A DNA stretch of 64,000 nt from Veleropilina oligotropha. Taxonomy: Eukaryota. The notes below the pieces were generated by a model that was given only the letters and a program-made list of their open reading frames with translations, was not told the origin of the DNA and did not search any database. Below, piece after piece: positions 23,996 to 36,676 of this stretch. Made by a program: the position numbers and the translations under genes. Position 1 is the stretch's first letter. The number at the start of each line of letters is the position of its first letter. The DNA lies in the NCBI GenBank assembly GCA_048128005.1, contig JBEUKZ010000054.1, forward strand, positions 1,302,001 through 1,366,000, in the 5' to 3' direction.

Positions 23996-24071
23996 TGACC
24001 TAGTGGAGTGTCCGTGACCTAGTGGAGTGTCCGTGACCTAGTGGAGTGTCAGTGACGTAGTGGAGTGTCCG
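23996..24071. repeat. 19-bp minisatellite x4 in the likely 3' UTR
   Basis: TGACCTAGTGGAGTGTCCG. Confidence 0.9.
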
Positions 24072-24982
24072 GATATTGCAGGGAGAATTTTCTATAATGC
24101 TGTGGTCTCCTTTGCGATTAACATAAATTAATTTCATCCATAAAAGTTGACTGATTTATGCCTGAGGCATCATTAAACATCGATTTGGCAATCGTACAAC
24201 TGGAGCTATTTGTCAAGTCATTGGTCTGCAGTTTGTTCAGGTCTATATATTGTGCTCTCAATCATTCCATCATTTGTATGCACCAATGAAAATGTATTCA
24301 ATTTTGCATGATGTTTTTGTAAATATATGTAAAACAATTTTTTCATATAAGAGATATGACTTGTCCCCAATAATTTGAACTGTATTTTGTTTATACATGT
24401 ACCATATGTTTGATCTAGACCTCTGCACAATTCTGTTCGTTTGGTTGCAGGTTGTTTATTTTCCTAGCATAATATTGACGTACATATGAAATCAGGATTG
24501 ATGTGTATTATTCGGATTTATGAGTGATTATATTTTAGCGTTCTTCACGGGTGTGCGTGTTTGTGTCACGCTCCCAGCCATTAGAATATTGTTCACAATG
24601 GCTACAGACCAACAGTCACCGTGTAAAGATGTAAATTGTTTATCTAACATGAATAGAGATATAATGTATATATTTAACAATTGATTATATGATATATTTT
24701 TTATTGTTTATTGAAATAACACATGAATCTTTAGCAATATTTGTGTTTAAGAATATTTTGATTAATGCCATTTGTTTGTTGCCTAATAGTTGATATGGAG
24801 ACTTTTGTCTCTGAGACATATTCTTCAGGAATTTGACATCGGCTGTCCTGACTGATAGACTGCTACAACCAATGCATGCAACAGATTGACAGGTTACATT
24901 TGGATGTAGATCATTCCTTAATTTAGCGCATCATCTGCCAATTATAGATTTGTTGCACATAGCACACTCTACATTTGCATTA

Positions 24983-27206
24983 AATGTCAGAGGCTCAGGT
25001 TAGAATTGTCGCTCTAATGTTGGAGGCTCAGGTTAGATTTGTGGCTCTAATGTTGGAGGCTCAGGTTAGATTTGTGGCTCTAATGTTGGAGGCTCAGGTT
25101 AGATTTGTGGCTCTAATGTTGGAGGCTCTGGTTAGATTTGTGGCTCTAATGTTGGAGGCTCAGGTTAGATTTGTGGCTCTAATGTTGGACGCTCAGGTTA
25201 GATTTGTGGCTCTAATGTTGGACGCTCAGGTTAGATTTGTGGCTCTAATGTTGGACGCTCAGGTTAGATTTGTGGCTCTAATGTTGGACGCTCAGGTTAG
25301 ATTTGTGGCTCTAATGTTGGAGGCTCTGGTTAGATTTGTCGCTCTAATGTTGGACGCTCAGGTTAGATTTGTGGCTCTAATGTTGGAGGCTCAGGTTAGA
25401 TTTGTCGCTCTAATGTTGGAGGCTCAGGTTAGATTTGTGGCTCTAATGTTGGAGGCTCAGGTTAGATTTGTGGCTCTAATGTTGGAGGCTCAGGTTAGAT
25501 TTGTGGCTCTAATGTTGGACGCTCAGGTTAGATTTGTGGCTCTAATGTTGGACGCTCAGGTTAGATTTGTGGCTCTAATGTTGGACGCTCAGGTTAGATT
25601 TGTGGCTCTAATGTTGGAGGCTCTGGTTAGATTTGTCGCTCTAATGTTGGACGCTCAGGTTAGATTTGTGGCTCTAATGTTGGAGGCTCAGGTTAGATTT
25701 GTCGCTCTAATGTTGGAGGCTCAGGTTAGATTTGTGGCTCTAATGTTGGAGGCTCAGGTTAGATTTGTGGCTCTAATGTTGGAGGCTCGGGTTAGATTTG
25801 TCGCTCTAATGTTGGAGGCTCAGGTTAGATTTGTGGCTCTAATGTTAGAGGCTCAGGTTAGATTTGTCGCTCTAATGTTGGAGGCTCAGGTTAGATTTGT
25901 GGCTCTAATGTTGGAGGCTCAGGTTAGATTTGTGGCTCTAATGTTGGAGGCTCAGGTTAGATTTGTGGCTCTAATGTTGGAGGCTCAGGTTAGATTTGTG
26001 GCTCTAATGTCAGAGGCTCAGGTTAGATTTGTGGCTCTAATGTTAGAGGCTCAGGTTAGATTTGTGGCTCTAATGTTGGAGGCTCAGGTTAGATTTGTGG
26101 CTCTAATGTTGGAGGCTCAGGTTAGATTTGTGGCTCTAATGTTGGAGGCTCAGGTTAGATTTGTGGCTCTAATGTTGGAGGCTCAGGTTAGATTTGTGGC
26201 TCTAATGTTGGAGGCTCAGGTTAGATTTGTGGCTCTAATGTTAGAGGCTCAGGTTAGATTTGTCGCTCTAATGTTAGAGGCTCAGGTTAGATTTGTGGCT
26301 CTAATGTTGGAGGCTCAGGTTAGATTTGTGGCTCTAATGTTGGAGGCTCTGGTTAGATTTGTGGCTCTAATGTTGGACGCTCAGGTTAGATTTGTGGCTC
26401 TAATGTTGGAGGCTCAGGTTAGATTTGTGGCTCTAATGTTGGAGGCTCAGGTTAGATTTGTGGCTCTAATGTTAGAGGCTCAGGTTAGATTTGTGGCTCT
26501 AATGTCAGAGGCTCTGGTTAGATTTGTGGCTCTAATGTCAGAGGCTCAGGTTAGATTTGTGGCTCTAATGTTAGAGGCTCAGGCTAGATTTGTGGCTCTA
26601 ATGTTAGAGGCTCAGGTTAGATTTGTGGCTCTAATGTTGGAGGCTCAGGTTAGATTTGTGGCTCTAATGTCAGAGGCTCAGGTTAGATTTGTGGCTCTAA
26701 TGTCAGAGGCTCAGGTTAGATTTGTGGCTCTAATGTTGGAGGCTCAGGTTAGATTTGTGGCTCTAATGTTGGAGGCTCAGGTTAGATTTGTGGCTCTAAT
26801 GTTGGAGGCTCTGGTTAGATTTGTGGCTCTAATGTTGGAGGCTCAGGTTAGATTTGTCGCTCTAATGTCAGAGGCTCAGGTTAGATTTGTGGCTCTAATG
26901 TTGGAGGCTCAGGTTAGATTTGTCGCTCTAATGTCAGAGGCTCAGGTTAGATTTGTGGCTCTAATGTTGGAGGCTCTGGTTAGATTTGTGGCTCTAATGT
27001 TGGAGGCTCAGGTTAGATTTGTGGCTCTAATGTTGGAGGCTCTGGTTAGATTTGTGGCTCTAATGTCAGAGGCTCAGGTTAGATTTGTGGCTCTAATGTC
27101 AGAGGCTCAGGTTAGATTTGTGGCTCTAATGTCAGAGGCTCAGGTTAGATTTGTGGCTCTAATGTTGGAGGCTCTGGTTAGATTTGTCGCTCTAATGTTG
27201 GACGCT
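24983..27206. repeat. 33-bp minisatellite, ~67 copies
   Basis: AATGTTGGAGGCTCAGGTTAGATTTGTGGCTCT. Confidence 0.97.
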
Positions 27207-28736
27207 TCCTGGAGGATCCGTGTCTTGGTGTAACTGTGTTATACAGTACTAGTGTAGGATTTCTGTTCATATCGGCAGGTTTGAAATTCTGCAAATTATT
27301 GTGTGTATGCATGACTACCGTATATCCTTTTTTGTGTCTTTATTTTTTCTAAAGTCTATGTACAGTATGACAAAATGTTTCTTAACGAATCCACTTTTAG
27401 TATTAAAACTATGTTGAAAGTAAACCCTGACTGCTTCTCCTAGTAGATTATATTCGAGTCCAGATGGGTACATTGTTGGAAGTACAGCAGTTGCTGTCGG
27501 AGCGCCATGACAGATTCCATTGTCTTGCCAATTCAAAGTCGAGAAATCGCTTTGCTTGCTCTGTCATCAAGTAGATTTCTGTGTGCTGCCATAAGCTCTG
27601 GTATAACTGTATACACCACATTGCGTTGCTGCTTGTGTAACTTGCTTTAGCTGTTATTAAATCGAAAGATGGAGGTCTGATATGTCTCGCAAGAGAGCTT
27701 TGTATATAAATATTTTTGTTATGTCATGTTGATATTTTTCATCAGTTATATTAATTTACAAATTATTTGTTGCAGCAAGTATTGTGTGTCATTGTGTTTG
27801 TATTATATTGAAATTTAGTCATAATTTATTCAAGTAAAAATTGTCACTTGAAGTTTGCTCAAGGATAATATTGTTTACATTAATTATTGATATAATAATA
27901 TATGAACAAAGATAATATTACATATTAAGCAAGTCCAATTATTGGCATATTGTTTTTTCTGTTTATACTTTGGTAGCAATACGAGTATGTTCAATAATGG
28001 AGCAAACATTCTGTGTATAAATGATTTCAGAAATTACGTGATGTGGCCTGCAGGGCTGAACAAGATTTTGCATTTTTAGTGTTTTATACATGTACTGCTA
28101 TAAACATGTTGTATGCTTGGAAGCATTGACTTTTCTTTGTTTCGGTATAATGTCTTTGCACCTTCTGGGTACAGGCCTGATTGATTATAAATACCTATGT
28201 TAAGAAGAAATTTCAAGCGAAAATTTATGATTGTCACTATCTTGTGTAAACACATTTATACCTGTTTGATTATGCAAGCATATAGAGCTTGTAATAATAT
28301 TGTTGATGGAAACTCCAGATCTGCTTGAACGCAGAGAGAATCGTATAGTTGTGAATCAATGCAAATACCTCAATCAAATATTTTCTTACTACATGTACCT
28401 TTAAAATAATAATTTTGTATTACTATTTACAATATTTGTGCCTTTATGTCATCCAAGGAGATTCCCATTAATTTTGAACACATCACCAACACTGGCGTGA
28501 ATCTGAGCGTTTCAATTTATGGGCAAATTGTTCATAAAGATCCCAAGTTGATCAGATCTGATTCACTGAATGCTATTTTATTAACACATATCATGTTGCT
28601 GTGCTAAAATATATTGTTACTGACAAGAATATATATATATTATCATTATTATATTATATATTGTGACCGAAAAAGTTAACATAAAATATTTTTGCAGTAA
28701 CCTTGTTTAGTTTTTTATACAAATATTTTAATGTGT

Positions 28737-29016
28737 TCATATAATGATTGACCAAGGGGATATGGTCGTGACACGGGGGTCTTCATATAATGATTGACCA
28801 AGGGGATATGGTCGTGACACGGTGGTCTTCATATAATGATTGACCAAGGGGATATGGTCGTGACACGGTGGTCTTCATATAATGATTGACCAAGGGGATA
28901 TGGTCGTGACACGGGGGTCTTCATATAATGATTGACCAAGGGGATATGGTCGTGACACGGGGGTCTTCATATAATGATTGACCAAGGGGATATGGTCGTG
29001 ACACGGGGGTCTTCAT
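28737..29016. repeat. 46-bp minisatellite x6
   Basis: TCATATAATGATTGACCAAGGGGATATGGTCGTGACACGGGGGTCT. Confidence 0.95.
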
Positions 29017-31590
29017 TGCGTTGTTCAATTTCTTGCGTTTCGAAGATATTGGCAACAGTTAAAGCAGACTGGTAGATGGGGGAACCATGTATCTCAGGCA
29101 AATCTGTAGATTTTTAAAAGGCCAAACCAAACATCCAGATATTGCAAAGTACATTATTATAGCAACATGTGAGTGGCTAACATCAGCGTATATACTTTCA
29201 TTAAAGCACGATTATTGATGTTTGTACTTTTGGAGGGTATAAATATTGTCATAACCCCCATTAAACAATAACCCACTCGCGATTCCTTTAAGTTTACAGT
29301 AGTCAAGGGCTTTTTTGCGGCCGTAAAAGATGCCAGCTCTTCTACAGATGAATGCCCGGCTTAACTTGCAATGTCGGAAAAAAGCCTCATTATGAATTTT
29401 CGAAAAGACCATGTATACATATACCAGCAAATGCCCATTTCCATAACCAACACCAGGGGAGACAATCATGTCTGCTGCGTTACACCGTGATATTACGGTA
29501 TTAGATTATTACATGAACAAGATGGCTGCCTGGTTGCATGGCTGTTCCGGACCGGTTAACACGTCCCAGTGTGCTAAGACGATCTATACATATCCTTAAA
29601 GATTGCCCTGGAGTGGGATGGCATCTTTGAACCAGATAACTGCGAAGTTAGCAGTCGCAGCTGCCAATAACCTAACAGGCTTCCTCCCGGATCCTGGTAC
29701 CACCCTAATCCAATAGATTTCAATTAAAAACACAAAATACATGCTGTGATAAACATATTTATTTTGTTCTAATAAATTGTATATATCCATATAGACTTTA
29801 ATATGAAACATAACAAGGACGTTAGCACATGATTAGAGTAATGGCGAAACTGCACCGTAACAACGCTGGCCATCTGTGACTAGAATGCTGATACAAAACA
29901 GGTATGCCGATAGATGTCGAGTAGAATGCTGATACAAAACAGGTATGCCGATAGCTCTAGAGTAGTTTATGTCACTTAAAACATTTCACTATTGAGCAAT
30001 AGCCCCATTCCCCGCCAGGTGCCCCTATTGAAGTTAATTGAGGGAAATAGTTGAATAGGGTCTTGAATTTGATGGATTAGTTCAATGATAGTCCTTAATT
30101 GGAGTGTATTAGTTGAATGCCCAGAAAATAAACCACTGCTGTGCCAAGAAAGCTCTGTTCTTCAATTGAATGGGCAGAATAAACAGCTGCCCAGAATGAC
30201 GTCATTAAATAGAATTTGTTTGGGTTTAGAAAGCGCATTACTATCACTCGTATAAAATATGTCGCCTCTATAATCTGCCCTGCTTAAAATACTCATCTAG
30301 GCGATTTTTAAAGTTGTTGACATGTCGATTCCACTACATTATTAGGAAGAGCATTCCATTCATCGACAACCCGATTTGAGAAAGTGTTTTCTACCGTCTA
30401 GTCTGAATCGCTTTTTGTAAATCTTGTATTGATGCCCCCTGGTATGCCTTTGGTTCATCTGAAAAAAGAAACTATTGTCAACTTCTTTTCCTGTAAACAT
30501 TTTAAACAACTGAATCGTAGATCACCTCGTATCCTTCTCAAAGATCCTGTTGTGAGGTTCACTGCTCTTAGTCTGTCCTCATATGGTAATTCCCTTAAGT
30601 CTCCTATCAATTTTGTGGCTCTTTGAACTTGTTCTAGAATATTGATATCCTTTGCAAGATATGGACACCATGCTTTCACTGCATATTGTAAATGCGGTCT
30701 AACCATTTGCTTATATAGGCGAGTTATGATGGCTTTAGATTTAAAATTAAAGTTTCCCTTTATTATTCCCAATATTTGATTTCCCTTTTGGATGACTCTG
30801 CACAATGATTTGGTGGTTTGAATGTCTTTTCTACCCATACACCCAAATCTTTATCTTTGACCACTTCATAATTATAGGTATTGTTGTTATAACCAACATG
30901 CATTACTTTACATTTACTGGTGTTGAAAATCAGTTGCCAATCTTCAGACCATTTTACCACATTATTTAAGTCGCTTTGAAGTTTCTTTGCATCTTCTGTT
31001 TCGATAATTCTGTACAGTTTGGTATCGTCTGCAAACTTTTTTACTGGAGATGTAATGACGTCATCAATATCATTTAAATATATGTGTCATAAAATCTGGA
31101 TCCGCTTTCTGATTCGGATCATCTTTGAGAAAATCGGATCAATGGTCGTTGAGATAGCCGATATATGAGAAACAACAATGGTCCCAAAACGGAACCTTGC
31201 GGGACTCCACTTAGTACCGATTCCCACTTTGACTTTATCCCATTTATTACAACCATCTGTTTTCTATTTTATAGCCACTTACATATCCAATTTAGTATTG
31301 GGCCTTTAATGCCATGGTTACTTAATTTTTGTAATAGTCGTCTGTGGTACTTTATCGAATGCTTTCTGAAAATCAAGGTCTATAATATCAACTGGTTTGT
31401 CCGTGTCAATTGCACTTGTTAAACAAGATCTTTTCTCCATATAAGCCATCCATGCTGACTAAGGTTCAGAAGGCCAAATTTATTTATGTGTTTTAAAATA
31501 GCTTCATTTAAGATAGATTCCATTATTTTGCCTACTATTGATGTCAGACTAACAGGTCGATAATTTTGGATATTTGATCGGCTACCGTTT

Positions 31591-32438
31591 TTAGCCCCAG
31601 CTGGGGTTATTGTCATCGCCCGAGACGGGCGGTTCATGTTGTCCGGGCTATATCTCGGCTACCAAACATGTTACCTAGATTTCATATGGTATGCTAACTA
31701 ACCTTATCATACGCTATAGTGCATGGTGGCGAAATTTCATGTGAATGACCTTTGACCTTGCGGCAATGACCTTTGACCCTTAAATTTTGTTTGGGCCGGT
31801 TCTCGGAGACCAAACATGTTAGCCTTCTATTTTATTTTAGATGTGTTGCCTATACTTCAAACCTGTGCATGGCAGTAAAATTTTGATCCTATGACCTTAA
31901 CAAATTTTCTATATTTAGTTTTATTTTATTTTTCGTAATTTTTTTTTTCGGGGCCAAACTATTCCTTTACGTTTAGTACATCATATAACAAATACGAAAA
32001 ATGGCATTTGGCAAAGGTCAAGGTCACAGAGGTCAAAATATACTCTCAATTTGCAATGTTGTCCGGCCTAGATCTCGGCTACCAAACATGTTACCTTGAT
32101 TTCATATGGTATGCTAACTACCCTTATCATACGCTAGTGCATGGTGGCGAAATTTCATGTGAATGACCTTTGACCTTGCGGCAATGACCTTTGACCCTTA
32201 AATTTTGTCCGGGCCGGTAATGGCCTTTGGTCAAAGGTCAAGCTAGGTCACAAAGGTCTAAATATACTCACAACTTTTTCTTCCTTTTAAATTTTTTTTT
32301 CATCCGAACTGCTTCATGATGGACAGTTAGCACAGTGTTTAGCCAAGGGCTACTGGCAAGGTCAAGATCACAGATTTGATATGGCAGTCTGATTGCTATA
32401 TAATGCTGGGGTTCCTAATAGCCGGGCGGCTGTCTATT
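31591..32438 (+). mobile_element. HINE (Helentron-type) inserted in a T-run of the CR1
   Basis: 5' TTAGCCCCAGCTGGGG, 3' GCTGGGGTT..AGCCGGGCGGCTGTCTATT; CR1 sequence resumes exactly on both sides. Confidence 0.8.
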
Positions 32439-33431
32439 TTTAAAGATTGGGGTAATATTTCCAGTCGTCAGGCAAGCTGCCTTCTTGTAGAGTTTTATTG
32501 AATATCAGGGCTAGTGGCTTTGTAAATTCATCCTTACCGTATTTTAGCAATTTGGGTTATATATATTGTCAGGACATGGAGCTTGACTGACATTTAGTAA
32601 GCTTATCTCAACCATTTCGGTAGTAATTTCAATACTTTCACAAACAATTTCCTGATCTTCATAAATATGTTTAACGGTGGAAAGTTTACCGTGTCCTCAA
32701 GCGTATATTTATAAACAGATGCAAAATATTTGTTTAGGGATTCTGAAATTTGTGCATCATCGGATATAATGTTTCCATGTTCATCGTCCAGGGGACCTAC
32801 GACATCTTTTGTTTTGACCTAATATAAGCATAAAAAGATTTCGGGTTTTCCTTGATGCCCTTATGAAAAAGTCCCATGGTATACCAGAGTATAGTATTGT
32901 ATATCATTGTAAAACAATGTATACCATGGTACATCGATGTATACCATTGTATGGTAATTGTATACTATGATATACCGATGTATACAATGGTATACAATGA
33001 TATACAATGGTATACCATGGGATATCAATTGTATACCATGGGATATCAATTGTATACCATGATATTACATATTATACCATGATATTACATATTATACCAT
33101 GGTATTACATATTATACCATGATATTACATATTATATCATGATATTACATATTATATCATGGTATTACATATTATACCATGATATTACATATTATACCAT
33201 GATATTACATATTATACCATGATATTACATAATATACCATGCTATTACATATTATACCATGATATTACATATTATATCATGGTATATCATTATTTATTTA
33301 TGCAGTAATGCTCAGTCATATTTATAGATATGTAAATATAAATCAATGTATTGTCCCATTTTCAAAATTTACATTTGCAAGGCTGTGCAATACACTAAAA
33401 GTCTCCATTCAGACAAGCAATGTCACATTGC

Positions 33432-33685
33432 ATCGATACTTAATGTCCTGTATATTTATAACCATCAGGTTTATTGAAGGACATGTCCATATTGTAGGGG
33501 GACTCCGAGGAAAGTTGTCACCCGGGGAAACCCGTCCTCTCCGATCAGCTACGAAAAACTGTGATACATAACAGAAGAAAAATGCCAATGTCTCAACAAA
33601 GATTCAAACGCATTTCTGCTCATGTCAGTGGAATTAAGCCAGTGTATTTAGAGTCGACCGAAACCACGCGACTGTTGAAGCGTCC
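33432..33685 (-). mobile_element. Diverged SINE A-related copy
   Basis: TTAATGTCCTGTATATT tail and CCCGGGGAAACCCG core on the minus strand. Confidence 0.65.
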
Positions 33686-36319
33686 TCTGTCAAGTGAAAT
33701 AATTTGACTATACAATCTATGATCCTGACCCTTCATCTCAACTTCGAACTTGATCAATGCTTCATGGCATACAAGAAATTAGTATACCGATATATTAATT
33801 TTGAAGATCAATCTGTTTCCTCCTGTATGAATAGTGTCAAAACCTAAAGTTTCAGAGAAACTTCATGCAACTTTTGTCATTTGTCCTGGTAACATCACCT
33901 TCGAACGTAGTGAAGGTATCATGGTATGCAAGATATTGTTAATGTTGCATACTGTCTCTTACAGTATTTACAGTACATTGTTTTATCACATGACTTGGTA
34001 TTTCCCCATATATTCTGCCACACTGTGTATTATTCGTCGTAATTGATGTGTGTCATAGGGCAATAGTCTCTTTAACCCAATGACATAATTTCGTTTTAAA
34101 CATACATTACAACGCAACAGTGAAAATTGCACACAATAATTTCGTCTTAAAAATACATTATAATGCAACAGTACAAATAATATACCAACTAGATTAATAC
34201 AATACACTAAATGTTTACTTACATCAAAAATATATTTTATATTCATCTTAAACATATATAAACGCTACATGTAATTGTATACGCTTACATAATTACATCA
34301 AAAAGTAACAAATTAATGTATTAGCAATACATTTTACATTAATCTTAAACATATATAATCGTCATTTATTAATAATACAAATATAATACAAAACGCTATA
34401 TATAGGCCTACATACATGTATACGTATGCTTTCATAATTACATCAAAAACTAACAGTTTAATTTATTAACAACACATTTTACATTAATATTATACAAATA
34501 TATTAGTCATATCTTAATAATACAAATATAATTCAATGTGTGTTATATAGTAGGGCCGAACCCATTCACTTTGGAGGCCGAACCGCGCGCGCCAGGCCGA
34601 AACCACTGAGGCCGAAAAGGAATCAGGCCGAAACTACCATACTTCCGTTTTGGCCGAGCGCATGCGCTTTTCGGACGGTCTCTTCTGGGAATGGAAAAGG
34701 CTGTTATAAACGATATCTAAGAGACTCGGAGCTTGATATTCCCAGTACAACTACACGCAGACGACTTGCTAAGGCAGGAGAAGAAGCAGTTGGTGAAGCA
34801 AATGACCATGAAGTTGTTGGCGACGAAGTGAGTAATATGCTGCAGGTGCTACCAGTACCAACTACCAAGTGACGAGCACGCAGATTATATATAGCCTGGG
34901 TCCGTATGATATCGCGGTACTTAACTATTATGAGTAAATAAAAATAAAGTTGGAACTTACATAAGTACATCTGTAATTTGTTTTGAAATAACAATCCATT
35001 CATCCTTTCATTCCATAAATAAAATCAATTTTATGTCATCTTTACTTACGTAAATTGACACCAAATATGGCGCCACCTCGCACACGTGCAATAAAGGGAG
35101 AACACTATGATATCGCGGTATATGTTATTAGTCGTGTATGGATCGAGGACAAGGAGTGCCAAAAATCTTCGTTAAAAGCGGAAAATTGAGAAGAATAGTT
35201 ACACACATAATGTTAACAGCAACACATTTATCATCGCAAATCTTTGAGAAATAAATTATCATATTTACAAGATATTTCACTTTCGACAGTTGAACTATAT
35301 CGGAGTGCAATGGGGATACCTGCATGACGTCAGTGCCTCGTGTGACAACTCTAACATATTAGTTCAAGCTATAAAATGTCTAGTGACCCCAGAAGTCACA
35401 TTTTGCTCATTTTGTGATGATTAGGAAATCACATTTATTCAGATATTCTGGGTACATGTCTGAGGATTGTTGCATATATTAAAGTATTAGTGAAATTCCA
35501 TTTAAATATGTTACTTAGACATGTTAATACAAAACAATATTTATGCTATTAAAATAATACATGGCTACCATATTTGAAATTTTATCAAAAACATGTTTAT
35601 TGAATGCACATCACCCCCCATGACATATTTCCCCATCTTATAATTTCAATCCGGGGAGAACCTTGTGTAGTTATTTGTGTGTTACCTAGTATTGTTGTGT
35701 ACATTAAATTTTAAGTATCTGGAAACTTTATTTCGCAATCGACGTCTGGGTTTTACAACAGTATGTAGAACAATAACAAGCCGTTAGCGAATTAAAATTA
35801 CTACATAATGGTTGCTGACTAACTTACAAGCTGTATACATAAATATTAAATGGAAATTAGCAAATTGTATAACAATGTATATTATACGCCGTGAGTATCG
35901 TTTGACGATGAACGAGTCTAATGTATCGCGGTTCATATCGTGGTACCAGAAATCGCGATTCATCGGTGCATCGATGAATCATTGCACCTCTAGCAAATAC
36001 AGATCAAAATCCTTAATGTCAAGGCTTATATATTTTTACCCAGGGCATATGGTACACACTGTTTTCAAAGTCCTGGTGTGTTCTGGTATTAAATTAGAAA
36101 TTGGGGGGGGGGGGGGGGGGGTGTTGAGGAAAAATCTGTACTTTATTACATATGTGTAACGTCAGTAAAATTGGTGGATTATCTACTTTCATCCAACGGT
36201 TTTTAATCTGCGAATCTTCAATCAATATGTTAAATGAAGAAATAATATAATGTATACACCCGATTTGTAGCACATTTCTATATTATATGTGTGTCTGTGT
36301 ATGTACATGCATATACATA

Positions 36320-36353
<34 letters not shown>

Positions 36354-36492
36354 GCAATGTGTTTGTGCGTGTATGACTGTATGTACATACTGATACGTAT
36401 GCATGCATACCTACAATACATGCATACGTGGAGGAAGATACAGTAATTATTATTACTTCTTACCCATGCAAACCCATCCTTATTTAACTGTC

Positions 36493-36676
36493 GCCGATAG
36501 TTCAACTGGATAGAGCGGCGAAGAAAACGTTATGTGGGACGGTAGGATGTGAGTTACAGCCCGCTCCGGCGTGGCTAATTGTAACGTTTAAAACTAATAG
36601 AATTCATATCCCTAATGTATGTCGGTCACATCGGAGTGAGACCTTAAACTGGGTGTCCCGTCTAGAATAAAGCTGA
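36493..36676 (+). mobile_element. tRNA-headed SINE remnant, possibly with a Nin/Deu-like domain
   Basis: GCCGATAGTTCAACTGGATAGAGCG head; TCGGAGTGAGACCTTAAACTGGGTGTCCCGT resembles the Nin/Deu core as I recall it. Confidence 0.4.

Noticed and set aside
24984..27233. 749-aa ORF as a real protein
   Set aside because: It is a pure 33-bp satellite; the frame is open because the unit is a multiple of 3 and lacks a stop. No non-repeat domain or gene context.
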